Assembly: GCA_963840855.1 (NCBI GenBank)
Contig: CAWJBB010000074.1
Location: forward strand, 1 to 64,000
Direction of reading: 5' to 3'
DNA from: an uncultured delta proteobacterium
GTDB lineage: Bacteria > Desulfobacterota > Binatia > UBA9968
Length of the DNA: 64,000 nt
Shown: positions 40,187 to 50,992 of the stretch, one piece after another
How positions within the stretch are numbered: position 1 is the stretch's first letter
Layout of the letters: every line of letters begins with the position of its first letter
Notes under the pieces: model-generated
Told to the model about the DNA's origin: nothing
The model's input: the letters and a program-made list of their open reading frames with translations, nothing else
The model's database searches: none
Made by a program: the position numbers and the translations under genes

Positions 40187-43100
40187 ATGAGAATGCTCCT
40201 CAAGCTTACCGCATTCCTCACCGCCGCGGTTTTGCTTTTTTTCGTGGTCGTTAGCCTGGCTTTTTTCCATCTGGTGCGGACCGGCGAGTTTCGCCGTTAC
40301 CTGATCACTGAGATTGAGCAACAGACCGAGTTGAAACTTCAGCTTGGCGAAGCCGATCTAGAGATCGGACGGATTCTCGGGATTTCTTTTCACAATGTTG
40401 CGGTGGCGGAATCCGATCTTGCGGCGCCAGCGCTCAGCGCGGAACTGGTTACCGCGCGGGTGGCCCTCTGGCCGCTCCTCGACCGCCGGCTAGTCTTCTA
40501 CGAGGTGCGCTTGAAAAAACCGGACGCCCGCCTGGCGCGAGACAGTGAAGGCAAAATACCGCTGCTCGAGCGGCTTCTCAATTTGCCGTTTCTCAAACAA
40601 GGTAACGCCCAATTTACTTTTGACTTGCGCACCGTGAACATCGCCGATGGCGAAATTGAATTCACTGACCACTACTCTGAAACGGCGCCAGCCACCACGC
40701 GCCTCCACCAGGTTGCGCTGGTACTGGAACGCGTGCAAGGCCAAGCGCTGCGCGAGTTTCTGGCAAATTGGCTAGTCCTGAAGCCGAAACAACCGCAAGG
40801 CGCGGCGCTCAAATTTGCAATTGCCGCCGGCGTCGAGCGGGACGGCCAGCAGGCGAAGTTGCACGCGCAAGGAAAGCTGGTGTTCCCCGACGACAGGTTG
40901 GACCTCACGCGGGCATGGCACGATGTCGATGCGCGTATTGATAAAATGCCGGCCGCCATGGCGCAGGTTTACGGCGGAAAGCTATTGACCGTCAAATCTC
41001 TCCGCGGCACGCTGGATTCACGATTACATTTCGAGGGCAATCTGCATCAGCGCGCACGAGTGAGTGGCAAGGTCGGCTTTGAGCGTCTGTCCGTGGATGC
41101 GCCTGAACTGTTCGCGACGCCTTTAGATGCCGGCGACGGCCAATTGCAGATCGAAATCGATTGGCGGCCGGGGCAATGGGAAGTTTCGCGCATGGATTAC
41201 CGGTCCAAGGACCTCGCTCTGGGAGTGAAAGGCCAGGCGCGGCGCGTGGCGGATGGCGACACGCACCTGCGGTTGGATCTTGGCGCCAAGCCGCTATCCG
41301 TGGCCCTGCTCAAGAAATATTTCCCGGCGCGGTGGCTGGCGTCATCCAAAATCGAACAGGTGGTGAGTGCTGCTACCGAGGGCGAGCTACAAATTCATAA
41401 GGCTGGCGTCAATGCCAAGGTCGCGGAAATTCGCCGCGTGCTGGAATCGGGGTTTGGGGAAGGGCTTTGGTTCGACGTCGAAGTTCGAAACGTTAGCGGT
41501 AATTTCCCCGGCGGCTATCCGCCGCTGCGCGCCGTTAATGGCAGGATCGCTTTGGAAAATGGTCGGTTCGCTTTCAGTAACCTGCGCGGCGTTTCCGGCC
41601 GAATCCACCTCACGGATGTGGATGGCAGCCTCGACTACTCGCCGGCGAGCCCAGGCGTGTTGCAACTGCGCGCGCGGGGCGAAGCGGACTTGGGCGAGCT
41701 GCGCGAGCAGGCGCAACGCGGTCTCATGCCGGCGGAATTTGCAAATTTGGTACTACCGGTTCAGGCTTTGGGGGGAATGGGCAAGTTCGACATAACCCTC
41801 ACCCGGCCCGCCGACAGCAAGCCGCGCGCAGAGGGTAAAGTGGCGTTGGAGAGTGCGCGGCTGCAATGGGACAAATATGTGCTCACGGATATCAACGGCG
41901 ATTTCGCGTTTACCCCCACGGAGATCAAGACGGACAAAGTGCGCGCGCTGATTTCCGGAGCGCCGGTGGAGGCGCGCCTGGCACTGAAAAACTACGCGGC
42001 CGACGACGGCGTGTTTGATCTTGCGGTGGACTCCCCCGGCGTCAAAGCGGGAATCGTCAGCCGGCTGCTCCTGGAAACAGGTTCGATACAAGATCCAGGC
42101 ATCGTGCGCGGTTCGGTTCGCTATCAGGGTTCATTCAATGACAAACAAGACCGCAAGTTTACCGGCAACCTGGAGTTGTTCAATGTCCAACTGGCAACGC
42201 ACCCGTTACTCCAGCCGCTGCGCCAGCTTAACGGCAAAATTTCCATTGACGAGAGCGGTATCGAATTCCAAGACATGAAAGGATTGCTAGTGGGTTTTGC
42301 GGCGAGCGCCAGCGGGCGCTGGCGCTACGCGCAAAGACCACAACTTATTTTCGACTTCACGGCGCCCAATCTGGATATCACCTATCTGATCTCGCAGATC
42401 GACCCCGAGCCCGGGGATTTCTACGCCAACTTGCAAGCGGAAGGGCGCCTTGCTCTTGGTCAGGGGCGCATCAACAATTTTGAATTCACCGATTCAAAAA
42501 GCAATCTGATCCTGGACCGCCGGATATGGCGATTCTCTAATCTTACGTTGCGCGCCGGCGGCGGCACGGGGAGCGGTCCATTGACCGTTGTCCATAAGCT
42601 CGATACTCTCGAAATCATCGCTGAACCGAGGGCGAAAAATGTCCCGATAGCGGTGTTTCTCCGCTGGTTTGACCTCTCGAACGCCGAGATTTCCGGCACG
42701 GTGGATCTCACGGGCAAATTCGACACCGCCGGCAAGGGTAACGCCGAGCGCAAGCGCAATCTCAACGGCGCTTTTAACTTGAAAATCGCCGACGGTACGA
42801 TCTACCGTATGCGGATTCTCGTACAGCTCTTGAATGTCCTGGATTTGTCCCGCTGGTTTACCTTTCAGTTGCCCGATCTTCGTAAACAAGGGATCCGTTT
42901 CCGTGCCATTACGGGCGATTTCAAGGTTGCAAGCGGAGTTTATTCCACCGACAATTTGCTAGTGGATAGCGACGATTTGCGGATGACGGGCGCCGGCAAA
43001 ATCGACGCGTCGAGGGATGAAATCGATTTCATCGTCGCCGTCCGGCCGTTCGCGGGCATCGATGCGGCGATCACCCATATCCCGTTGCTCGGCCGCGGCA

Positions 43101-43312
43101 TAGCGGCGATCAAAAACTCCTTTCTGGTCGCGAGCTTCAATATCAGAGGCCGTATCGACGACCCGACGATCACGCCGGCGCCGTTGGGCACGCTTTCGGA
43201 AATGTTTTGGGGAGTGCTGGGAATTCCCAAGAGCTTGATTCCCTTCGCCGGCGACGCGAATGATGCCCAAAAGGAAGTGCCGCAAGACCAACTGCCCGCG
43301 CCAAGTCGATGA
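40187..43312 (+). CDS. AsmA-like (YhdP/TamB-related) envelope protein
   Basis: 1041 aa; N-terminal TM anchor; beta-rich body; C-terminal ITGDFK...G...T.NL....M.G.G.ID and IPLLG....F.I.G..DDP motifs. Confidence 0.8.
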   Translation: MRMLLKLTAFLTAAVLLFFVVVSLAFFHLVRTGEFRRYLITEIEQQTELKLQLGEADLEIGRILGISFHNVAVAESDLAAPALSAELVTARVALWPLLDRRLVFYEVRLKKPDARLARDSEGKIPLLERLLNLPFLKQGNAQFTFDLRTVNIADGEIEFTDHYSETAPATTRLHQVALVLERVQGQALREFLANWLVLKPKQPQGAALKFAIAAGVERDGQQAKLHAQGKLVFPDDRLDLTRAWHDVDARIDKMPAAMAQVYGGKLLTVKSLRGTLDSRLHFEGNLHQRARVSGKVGFERLSVDAPELFATPLDAGDGQLQIEIDWRPGQWEVSRMDYRSKDLALGVKGQARRVADGDTHLRLDLGAKPLSVALLKKYFPARWLASSKIEQVVSAATEGELQIHKAGVNAKVAEIRRVLESGFGEGLWFDVEVRNVSGNFPGGYPPLRAVNGRIALENGRFAFSNLRGVSGRIHLTDVDGSLDYSPASPGVLQLRARGEADLGELREQAQRGLMPAEFANLVLPVQALGGMGKFDITLTRPADSKPRAEGKVALESARLQWDKYVLTDINGDFAFTPTEIKTDKVRALISGAPVEARLALKNYAADDGVFDLAVDSPGVKAGIVSRLLLETGSIQDPGIVRGSVRYQGSFNDKQDRKFTGNLELFNVQLATHPLLQPLRQLNGKISIDESGIEFQDMKGLLVGFAASASGRWRYAQRPQLIFDFTAPNLDITYLISQIDPEPGDFYANLQAEGRLALGQGRINNFEFTDSKSNLILDRRIWRFSNLTLRAGGGTGSGPLTVVHKLDTLEIIAEPRAKNVPIAVFLRWFDLSNAEISGTVDLTGKFDTAGKGNAERKRNLNGAFNLKIADGTIYRMRILVQLLNVLDLSRWFTFQLPDLRKQGIRFRAITGDFKVASGVYSTDNLLVDSDDLRMTGAGKIDASRDEIDFIVAVRPFAGIDAAITHIPLLGRGIAAIKNSFLVASFNIRGRIDDPTITPAPLGTLSEMFWGVLGIPKSLIPFAGDANDAQKEVPQDQLPAPSR

Positions 43313-43596
43313 AGCCGCAACTGTTGCTCTATTCGCGAAAGGATTGCTGTCTCTGCGACGAGATGAAGAAAGTCATTCGCCGGGTCGCGGATAACATGCC
43401 GCTGGCGCTCGAAGAGATCGACGTTGACAGCGCTCCTGAATCGCGCGACCAATACGGTGACGAAATTCCAGTGCTGTTTATAAACGGCAGAAAAGCGTTT
43501 AAGTACCAGGTCACGGCGCGGCAGCTGGAAGCAAGAATTGGCGGAAAAGTCCCTTTCATGAAGACTTTCACGAAGAGGATATTTAACCGCTCGTGA
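43309..43596 (+). CDS. Glutaredoxin-like protein (DUF836)
   Basis: LYSRKDCCLCD, EEIDVD, Y..EIPVLFING. Confidence 0.85.
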   Translation: MKPQLLLYSRKDCCLCDEMKKVIRRVADNMPLALEEIDVDSAPESRDQYGDEIPVLFINGRKAFKYQVTARQLEARIGGKVPFMKTFTKRIFNRS

Positions 43597-43633
43597 CTTT
43601 ATGATGCCAATCATACCATAGGAAGGCATTGCA

Positions 43634-43741
43634 ATGGCGAATCAAATTGTCTGGTGTGATATCCCGGTGCTTGATTTAGACGGGGCGATCCGTTCAGTGG
43701 TGCTGGGCGCAGTGGCACAAAACCGGAATTTCCCGGAATGA
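43634..43741 (+). pseudogene. N-terminal remnant of a VOC (glyoxalase/bleomycin resistance) family gene
   Basis: MANQIVWCDIPVLDLDGAIR-SVVLG..FP*: VOC N-terminal motif lacking the FY residues; ends after 35 codons. Confidence 0.55.
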
Positions 43742-43767
43742 ATCTAAGAACTTGCGAGAGTTATACA

Positions 43768-44172
43768 ATGATCAAGACCATAGCGCGTCGGTGCCTGCCT
43801 TTGGTTCCTGTGCTCCTTGCGGTCGCTTGTCTGACGCTGCCGGCGGGTGCGGCACAACCCGTCAAGACAAAGTCCCCGCCCGCCAAAGAGGGGCCGGCAA
43901 CTTGGTTGCTCGCCGGGCGCGAAGGCGAATGCGCGCCGCTTTCACTGCTGGAGAAAAAAGGGACCGAGTTCCGTGGTATCGACAGCCCCGAACTTCTGGC
44001 CAAGAAAATGCGCGCGGCCGGCCATAAAGTTGAGATTAAAGAGCATACTCTGGCCAGCCGCCCGGCAGTGGAAGTCCGAGTTCCCGAGCGCGGACTTTAC
44101 GTGATGTTCGTTAAAGCCGAGTTGTGCCCGAAGATCGAAGGGACGGACGACACGAAGACGCCAAAACGTTAA
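43768..44172 (+). CDS. Hypothetical exported protein
   Basis: Basic N-terminus, hydrophobic core, PAGA cleavage-like site; two Cys in the mature part. Confidence 0.65.
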   Translation: MIKTIARRCLPLVPVLLAVACLTLPAGAAQPVKTKSPPAKEGPATWLLAGREGECAPLSLLEKKGTEFRGIDSPELLAKKMRAAGHKVEIKEHTLASRPAVEVRVPERGLYVMFVKAELCPKIEGTDDTKTPKR

Positions 44173-44225
44173 CCTGATTGCTCTTGTGCGGAGGAGAAAT
44201 TATATCGCACCAGGAGCTGATCGTC

Positions 44226-44310
44226 GTTCAAGGTTCAAGTCTGCCCTGAGCTTGCCGAACGGGTTCAATCTTCAACGTCCCCTCCCCATCTTGAACGCGG
44301 AACTTTGATC
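44226..44310. repeat. GTTCAA-heptamer inverted repeat element, copy 2, with CCCTGAGCTTGCCGAACGG cassette
   Basis: Read directly from the sequence; lies between convergent genes. Confidence 0.8.
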
Positions 44311-44324
44311 TCATTCGTCTCCGA

Positions 44325-46160
<1,836 letters not shown>

Positions 46161-46244
46161 TCTATAATATTCGGGAGCACGGCGTCATTGTCAAGCGGCG
46201 CCCCGGCCGAGTTTTCGTTTGACGCCGACCGGCATGTGAGTACA

Positions 46245-46478
46245 ATGGCCGGCAGATTGCCGCGGGCGGTGCTGGCGAAATTAACCGTTGGCGCAGTCAG
46301 CCAGTCGAAGTTAACGCTGCGCACCGGCTTTAGCGACGATAAAACCTTGCAAGCGATGATCAATGACATGATAAAAATCACCAAAGTCCAACGCGACATC
46401 AAAGTTGGCGATGTCTTCGAGTTGGCTTTCGTGAAAAAGGTCAACGACGAACTAAAGGGAGCGGGTTGGAAATCGTAG
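46245..46478 (+). pseudogene. C-terminal remnant of a NitT/TauT substrate-binding protein
   Basis: TGFSDDKTLQAMINDM...KVQRDIKVGDVFELAFVKKVNDELKGAGWKS resembles SBP C-termini; the rest of the gene is absent. Confidence 0.45.
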
Positions 46479-46484
46479 AAACGG

Positions 46485-46578
46485 GTTCAATGTTCAAAGT
46501 AACGCGCCTGTGGCGCTCGGTTCAAAGTTCAATGTTCAAGGTTCAAGGTGGACGGAGGTTGAACCTTGACTGTTGAAC
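46485..46578. repeat. GTTCAA-heptamer inverted repeat element, copy 3, with ACGCGCC-N3-GGCGC cassette
   Basis: Six GTTCAAN units and three inverted units. Confidence 0.8.
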
Positions 46579-46672
46579 CGGAATCTCGACTGCCAGCTCA
46601 TTGTTCTATTTGCTTCGCCCGCACAATGTGTTAACGACCTTACAAAATGCACAAATTCCGCGGAGGTCTCCC

Positions 46673-47107
46673 ATGGATTGGATTTTGGAAACATCACCGA
46701 CTTTTTCTTATGTGTTCCTGCGCCTGGGTCTTGCGGTCACGTTCTTTGCCCACTCGACACAACAAATTTTTGGCTGGAATGGCGGCCGAGGATGGAAGGG
46801 CATGCTCGACAACTGGAATGAAAAATATCATATACCCGTCGCATTCGGCGTACTCGGCATGGCGATCGAGTTCTTGGGCGCCTTCGCCATGTTGTTGGGT
46901 TTTTTAACGCGGCCCTTCGCCCTCGGTTTGGCGCTTTTTATAGCTATGGCTATCCTGAAATCTCATTGGGGGCATGGCTTCTTCCTGGCGCGCCGGCCGG
47001 GCGAGGCCAGCGGCGTCGAGTACACCCTGGCGCTATTCCTCATGGCCATGGCGCTGGTTTTTGGCGGTGGCGGCGCGCTATCCATCGATGCGCTTCTCAG
47101 CCGGTGA
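46673..47107 (+). CDS. DoxX family membrane protein
   Basis: LRLGL...FFAH..Q..FGW.GG.G, EF.G....LGFLTR, H...GFF, GVEY.L, GGG.LSID; SD GGAGG. Confidence 0.9.
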   Translation: MDWILETSPTFSYVFLRLGLAVTFFAHSTQQIFGWNGGRGWKGMLDNWNEKYHIPVAFGVLGMAIEFLGAFAMLLGFLTRPFALGLALFIAMAILKSHWGHGFFLARRPGEASGVEYTLALFLMAMALVFGGGGALSIDALLSR

Positions 47108-47184
47108 GATCGGCGCAAATATCGTGCTCGTTTTGCGAGCACGAGCTACGAACACGAACAACGAATACCGCGCGGAGTGAAACT

Positions 47185-48066
47185 TCAAATTCCTATATTG
47201 TCTTCGGGTTTACGCTTATGCTTGTCCTTCACCCGCGGAATACCGCTCCAGTCACCCTTCATCCAATACTCCGTCAGGCTACCAAACGCACCGAGGAGCA
47301 TGCCCAGGGCGAGGATAAAATACCAGAGAGCGTCGCCGAAAGGGCTGATCATGCCCATGAGCGTGGCCACCAGTTGCGCCGTGCCGGTACCGAAGACGAT
47401 TCCTAGGAACAGACGAGTTTCGCGCTGAAACCCGGTGTGAGTCGAATAGATTCCCAAGAACATACTCACGAAAAAGGCCAAAAACGGCGCCAGCACGAGG
47501 GCGAAAATCGCGCCGGCGCCACCACCGCGGGTTGATGCGTTTTCGAGAGCTTCTTCATCGGTGATGGCCGCGGAGCGAAACTCGCCCGAGATGACGCCAA
47601 AGATGAAATGCACGCCGCCATAAATACCCAAGTCGGGACGGAGGCCGTTGATATAGAGGTCGAGAGAGGATTGCAGTTTTTGCGTGGCCTCTGTTTTCGG
47701 GAAGCGCGGTTCAAGTTCCGCGCCGACGTGAATGCCGACGAGATGTTCTTTGCGCGCGACCACCACAAGCACGGCCCTATTTAGCTCTTTTTCATCAAGC
47801 GGCAGGCCCCGAAACGCCTTGCCCGCGAGCGCTTCGATGTTTTCATTTTCTTCCAGACTCGGCACCGTCAGCACGGCGACCGTGTGGCTGCTCTGGATTT
47901 TGAAGCGTTTCAGACGCTGCGTAAGATCGTCGTAACTCGCAGGCGGGATCATGCCGGCGAAGTCGTTTACGGTTGCCTGGAGCGGCGGCAATTCGCGGCA
48001 TAGAGCCGGACCGCCGCCGTACAGGAGGCTGGTGAGAATAACGGCGCGCAATAGGGCTGCGAACAT
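47185..48066 (-). CDS. TPM domain-containing membrane protein (divergent)
   Basis: Signal peptide, PPL...VNDFAG, VAVLTVPSLE, VLVVVARKE; C-terminal TM helices. Confidence 0.75.
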   Translation of the reverse strand: MFAALLRAVILTSLLYGGGPALCRELPPLQATVNDFAGMIPPASYDDLTQRLKRFKIQSSHTVAVLTVPSLEENENIEALAGKAFRGLPLDEKELNRAVLVVVARKEHLVGIHVGAELEPRFPKTEATQKLQSSLDLYINGLRPDLGIYGGVHFIFGVISGEFRSAAITDEEALENASTRGGGAGAIFALVLAPFLAFFVSMFLGIYSTHTGFQRETRLFLGIVFGTGTAQLVATLMGMISPFGDALWYFILALGMLLGAFGSLTEYWMKGDWSGIPRVKDKHKRKPEDNIGI

Positions 48067-48076
48067 CGAAATACTC

Positions 48077-48862
48077 TTAGGCCTTAAATGTCTTTGCCGC
48101 CGCGAGCCGTATATTTTGGTCCAGCGCCGCCATCCGCGCTTCGGACAGGGGAAAACCGAACTGTTCGTTACGCATGCGCAAGCGCTGGCTGGAGACTTCG
48201 GTGATAATGCGCGCCGCGCGCAGGTACGTGGCCCGGGTTTTGATCAACGCATCCAAAGAACGGCCGCCGGCGTTCTTGTGTTCCGTTTCATCCAACAGGA
48301 TTTGCTTGAACGCGCGGGCGATTTTTCTCTCGAAGCCGTTTCTCTTGAGCTTGCTGCAAACCAGGTACAGCGCGCCGCCGCCCCCCTCGGTGATCGTGAT
48401 GGCGGCCCGCTCCAGCGCTTCGTCCTGGCGGCGGATTTCCTTTGTCTTGATCAATCCCGTGCCGTGCAGCAGCGTCGCGTAACTCGGCGAATAGCGCGCG
48501 CGGATCCGGGCGAGTTTTTTGTCCTCGGGCAGCCACAGCAAGTCGGCAAAGGTGGTTTTTTTGCGTCTGATCTCTTCCAGGAGATCCATGATCAGCCGCG
48601 CATGCTTGGTTTCGTCGGCGAGTTTTTCCGTCAGCGCCGCGAAATCATGGCGGTGGATACCGCGGTCCACCTCAGGGTAGAGTTTGGCAAGCGCGGTGAA
48701 GATGGGCTTGATGGCGGAGTATTCTTTATACGCCTGAGCGCTTAGCCACCTGAGGTGGTCTTTTTTTCTGCGCGGTTTTCTAAAAAAGGCCGCAATGATC
48801 GCCACTTCGGCGGCGCGATAAGCCGCGGCAAGTTTGCGCAATCGTTGGACGTAACGATTCAC
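48077..48862 (-). CDS. Ferritin-like (diiron four-helix bundle) domain protein
   Basis: E (YKEY) ... DETKH ... E (TEGGG) ... DETEH ligand pattern; GTG start after AAGGA. Confidence 0.7.
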   Translation of the reverse strand: MNRYVQRLRKLAAAYRAAEVAIIAAFFRKPRRKKDHLRWLSAQAYKEYSAIKPIFTALAKLYPEVDRGIHRHDFAALTEKLADETKHARLIMDLLEEIRRKKTTFADLLWLPEDKKLARIRARYSPSYATLLHGTGLIKTKEIRRQDEALERAAITITEGGGGALYLVCSKLKRNGFERKIARAFKQILLDETEHKNAGGRSLDALIKTRATYLRAARIITEVSSQRLRMRNEQFGFPLSEARMAALDQNIRLAAAKTFKA

Positions 48863-48882
48863 GTCTCTTCCTTTGGTCGAGA

Positions 48883-49010
48883 GTTCAAGGTTCAAAGTGA
48901 CGCGCCTTTGGCGCGCGGTTCAAAGCCTACCCTGAGCTTGCCGAACGGGTTCAATGTTTAAGGTTCAAGGTGGGGAGGGGACGTTGAACATTGAACCTTG
49001 AACTTTGAAC
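48883..49010. repeat. GTTCAA-heptamer inverted repeat element, copy 4, carrying both cassettes
   Basis: GTTCAAG GTTCAAA [GTGACGCGCCTTTGGCGCGCG] GTTCAAA [GCCTACCCTGAGCTTGCCGAACGG] GTTCAAT GTTTAAG GTTCAAG [loop] GTTGAAC ATTGAAC CTTGAAC TTTGAAC. Confidence 0.85.
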
Positions 49011-49069
49011 GGACATGGATCTCAATTGTCCAGCCATTCTCAATTTGTTCACGTTGGTGGAGCCCCGGG

Positions 49070-49585
49070 TCATTTCGGCGGCAGCGGTACGACCCATCCG
49101 CATTTGCGGCAGGTTCTCAGGGACTCGTCGTGGTAAAACGTCTGATGCACCTGGGAGACTGGATCCTGGCGGTAATCGCCGACTTCGGCTGTGACCTCGT
49201 AGATCTTTTCGCCGCACTGGTCACAAAACCAGATGAACCGATCTATTTCTCCGGGTCTACGCTTGCGCTCGAAGACAATGAACCAGGAGTTTTCTTCGAC
49301 CCTCGGCGAATGCGGCACGCCGCCGGGACAGAGCAGCATCTGGCCCGCTTTGATAACAGCCGTGTGCTCGCGGCCATCCGGCGCGCGATGAACCAAATTC
49401 TGCATCCCGCTCAATTGCAGCGTGACCTCGTCGGCCGGGTCGATGTGAAAGTCCCTGCGCTCTTTGCGCCCGCTACTCAAGAACGCGATGGACTCGGAGT
49501 CCTGCCAGAGCACACGGCGACCCTTACCTTCCGCTTTGACGTTCTCGACAATCTCTTTGAGGTCGATGGGGATGAGTTCCTTCAT
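49070..49585 (-). CDS. 3-hydroxyanthranilate 3,4-dioxygenase-like cupin
   Basis: R.DFHID..DE...QL.G, P.GVPHSP, V.ERKR, W.C..C and RTC..CG rubredoxin-like site. Confidence 0.8.
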   Translation of the reverse strand: MKELIPIDLKEIVENVKAEGKGRRVLWQDSESIAFLSSGRKERRDFHIDPADEVTLQLSGMQNLVHRAPDGREHTAVIKAGQMLLCPGGVPHSPRVEENSWFIVFERKRRPGEIDRFIWFCDQCGEKIYEVTAEVGDYRQDPVSQVHQTFYHDESLRTCRKCGWVVPLPPK

Positions 49586-49632
49586 GGGCTGAATATAGCG
49601 CTTTCGAAACCGTTTGGGCAATAGAGTTGAAT

Positions 49633-49681
49633 AACAAGCTGTTGAAGAACTCCTCCGGAGTCCCTTCGAGGGGCTCAGGAT
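49633..49681. mobile_element. Partial copy (left end) of the MITE-like family
   Basis: TAACAAGCTGTTGAAGAACTCCTCCGGAGTCCCTTCGAGGGGCTCAGGA, similar to the element starting at 19658. Confidence 0.5.
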
Positions 49682-49769
49682 AAAATTCGCGACCGGGTAG
49701 CGTGTAGTCTTGACGGTGGAAGCAACGGGGTGATAGGTTTTTTTCGAGAATAATTCTCGGAGGTGTTTC

Positions 49770-50561
49770 ATGGCTGAACGAGTTTGGGATCGTTTTTTGA
49801 CGGACCAGGACAAGGCTACATTGGTCGGAAAGCCACACCGCTCCGTCGGTTTCGGCGAGCGGCCGGCGTTGTTGTTGATCGATCTTTATCGTTGGGTTTT
49901 CGGCGACAAGCCGGAGCCGGTGACTGAAGCGATCAAGACCTGGCCGGGGAGCTGCGGGCTGGCGGGCTGGAACGCGCTGCCTCATATTCAGAAACTCATC
50001 GCCAAGGCGCGCGAGGTGGGGATTCCCGTCATTCACATCACCGGCTTGGACGGCGTTGCCGTCGAGCCTTGGTCTTTTCGGCGCGACGGTAAAAAACGCG
50101 CCACCATGGGCGCCGAAGATCTCGATCGTTTTCGCCGGCGCTTCGACATCGTCGATCAAGTAAAACCGATTCCCGGCGAAACCGTACTCAGAAAAACTTC
50201 GCCGAGCGCGTTTTGGGGCACGCCGCTCATCGGCCATCTCAATTTTCTCGGCGTCGATACGATCATCACCTGCGGAGAGAGCACCAGTGGCTGCGTGCGC
50301 GCTAGCGTGGTCGATGGCACGACCAACCGGCTGCGCATGGTCGTCGCCGAAGAGTGTGTCTTCGACCGGCACGAAGCCTGCCACGCGATCAATCTATTCG
50401 ACATGAACCAGAAGTACGCCGACGTGTTGCCGCTCGACGAGATTCTTAAATATCTCGACGCCTGGCGCGCCGAAAAGGCTGGGCAAGTGGGCTACGCCAA
50501 CGACAGCATCGCCTATTTAAAAGATCTCGGGATCGGCGAGGAGTATAAGGGGCTGCGCTAA
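49770..50561 (+). CDS. Isochorismatase-family cysteine hydrolase (maleamate/N-carbamoylsarcosine amidase-like)
   Basis: GFGERPALLLID, K..PSAF.GTPL, G.STSGCVRASVVD catalytic triad; SD GGAGG. Confidence 0.9.
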   Translation: MAERVWDRFLTDQDKATLVGKPHRSVGFGERPALLLIDLYRWVFGDKPEPVTEAIKTWPGSCGLAGWNALPHIQKLIAKAREVGIPVIHITGLDGVAVEPWSFRRDGKKRATMGAEDLDRFRRRFDIVDQVKPIPGETVLRKTSPSAFWGTPLIGHLNFLGVDTIITCGESTSGCVRASVVDGTTNRLRMVVAEECVFDRHEACHAINLFDMNQKYADVLPLDEILKYLDAWRAEKAGQVGYANDSIAYLKDLGIGEEYKGLR

Positions 50562-50592
50562 CGCGCTTCGCGCGGCAGCGAGGGTAACTCGA

Positions 50593-50907
50593 ATGGACAT
50601 ACCCCAGATTCAAATTCACGAAGCCAAGAAAAAGTTCGACCTGAAGCAGTGCCTGTTCGTCGATATCCGCGATCCGAGCTCGTACGGCGCGGCGCATATT
50701 CCCGGCGCGCTCCATTTGCACGATGGCAACGTGCAAGAGTTCGTTCAGAATACCGACAAAAATGCCGAGGTGGTGGTCTATTGCTACCACGGCAATAGCA
50801 GTTTGGGCGCTGCCGCGTACTTCATTGAAAATGGCTTCAAGAACGTCGCGAGCATGAGTGGCGGCTTCGAAGCGTGGCGCCAGGTGTACGAGCATGATTC
50901 CGGATAA
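50593..50907 (+). CDS. glpE: Single-domain rhodanese (GlpE-like thiosulfate sulfurtransferase)
   Basis: VDIRD..SY...HIPGA.HL, VYCYHGNSS..AA, S.GGFEAW. Confidence 0.85.
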   Translation: MDIPQIQIHEAKKKFDLKQCLFVDIRDPSSYGAAHIPGALHLHDGNVQEFVQNTDKNAEVVVYCYHGNSSLGAAAYFIENGFKNVASMSGGFEAWRQVYEHDSG

Positions 50908-50911
50908 AAAA

Positions 50912-50980
50912 GTTTCAAGTTTCTTGTTTCTGGTTTTGGGACGGCAAACAACTAGAAACTTGAGACCAGGAACTAGGAAC
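50912..50980. repeat. Heptamer-periodic inverted repeat (GTTTCNN)n...(NNGAAAC)n
   Basis: GTTTCAA GTTTCTT GTTTCTG GTTTTGG ... TAGAAAC TTGAGAC CAGGAAC TAGGAAC. Confidence 0.75.
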
Positions 50981-50992
50981 TAAGGAGATCAT

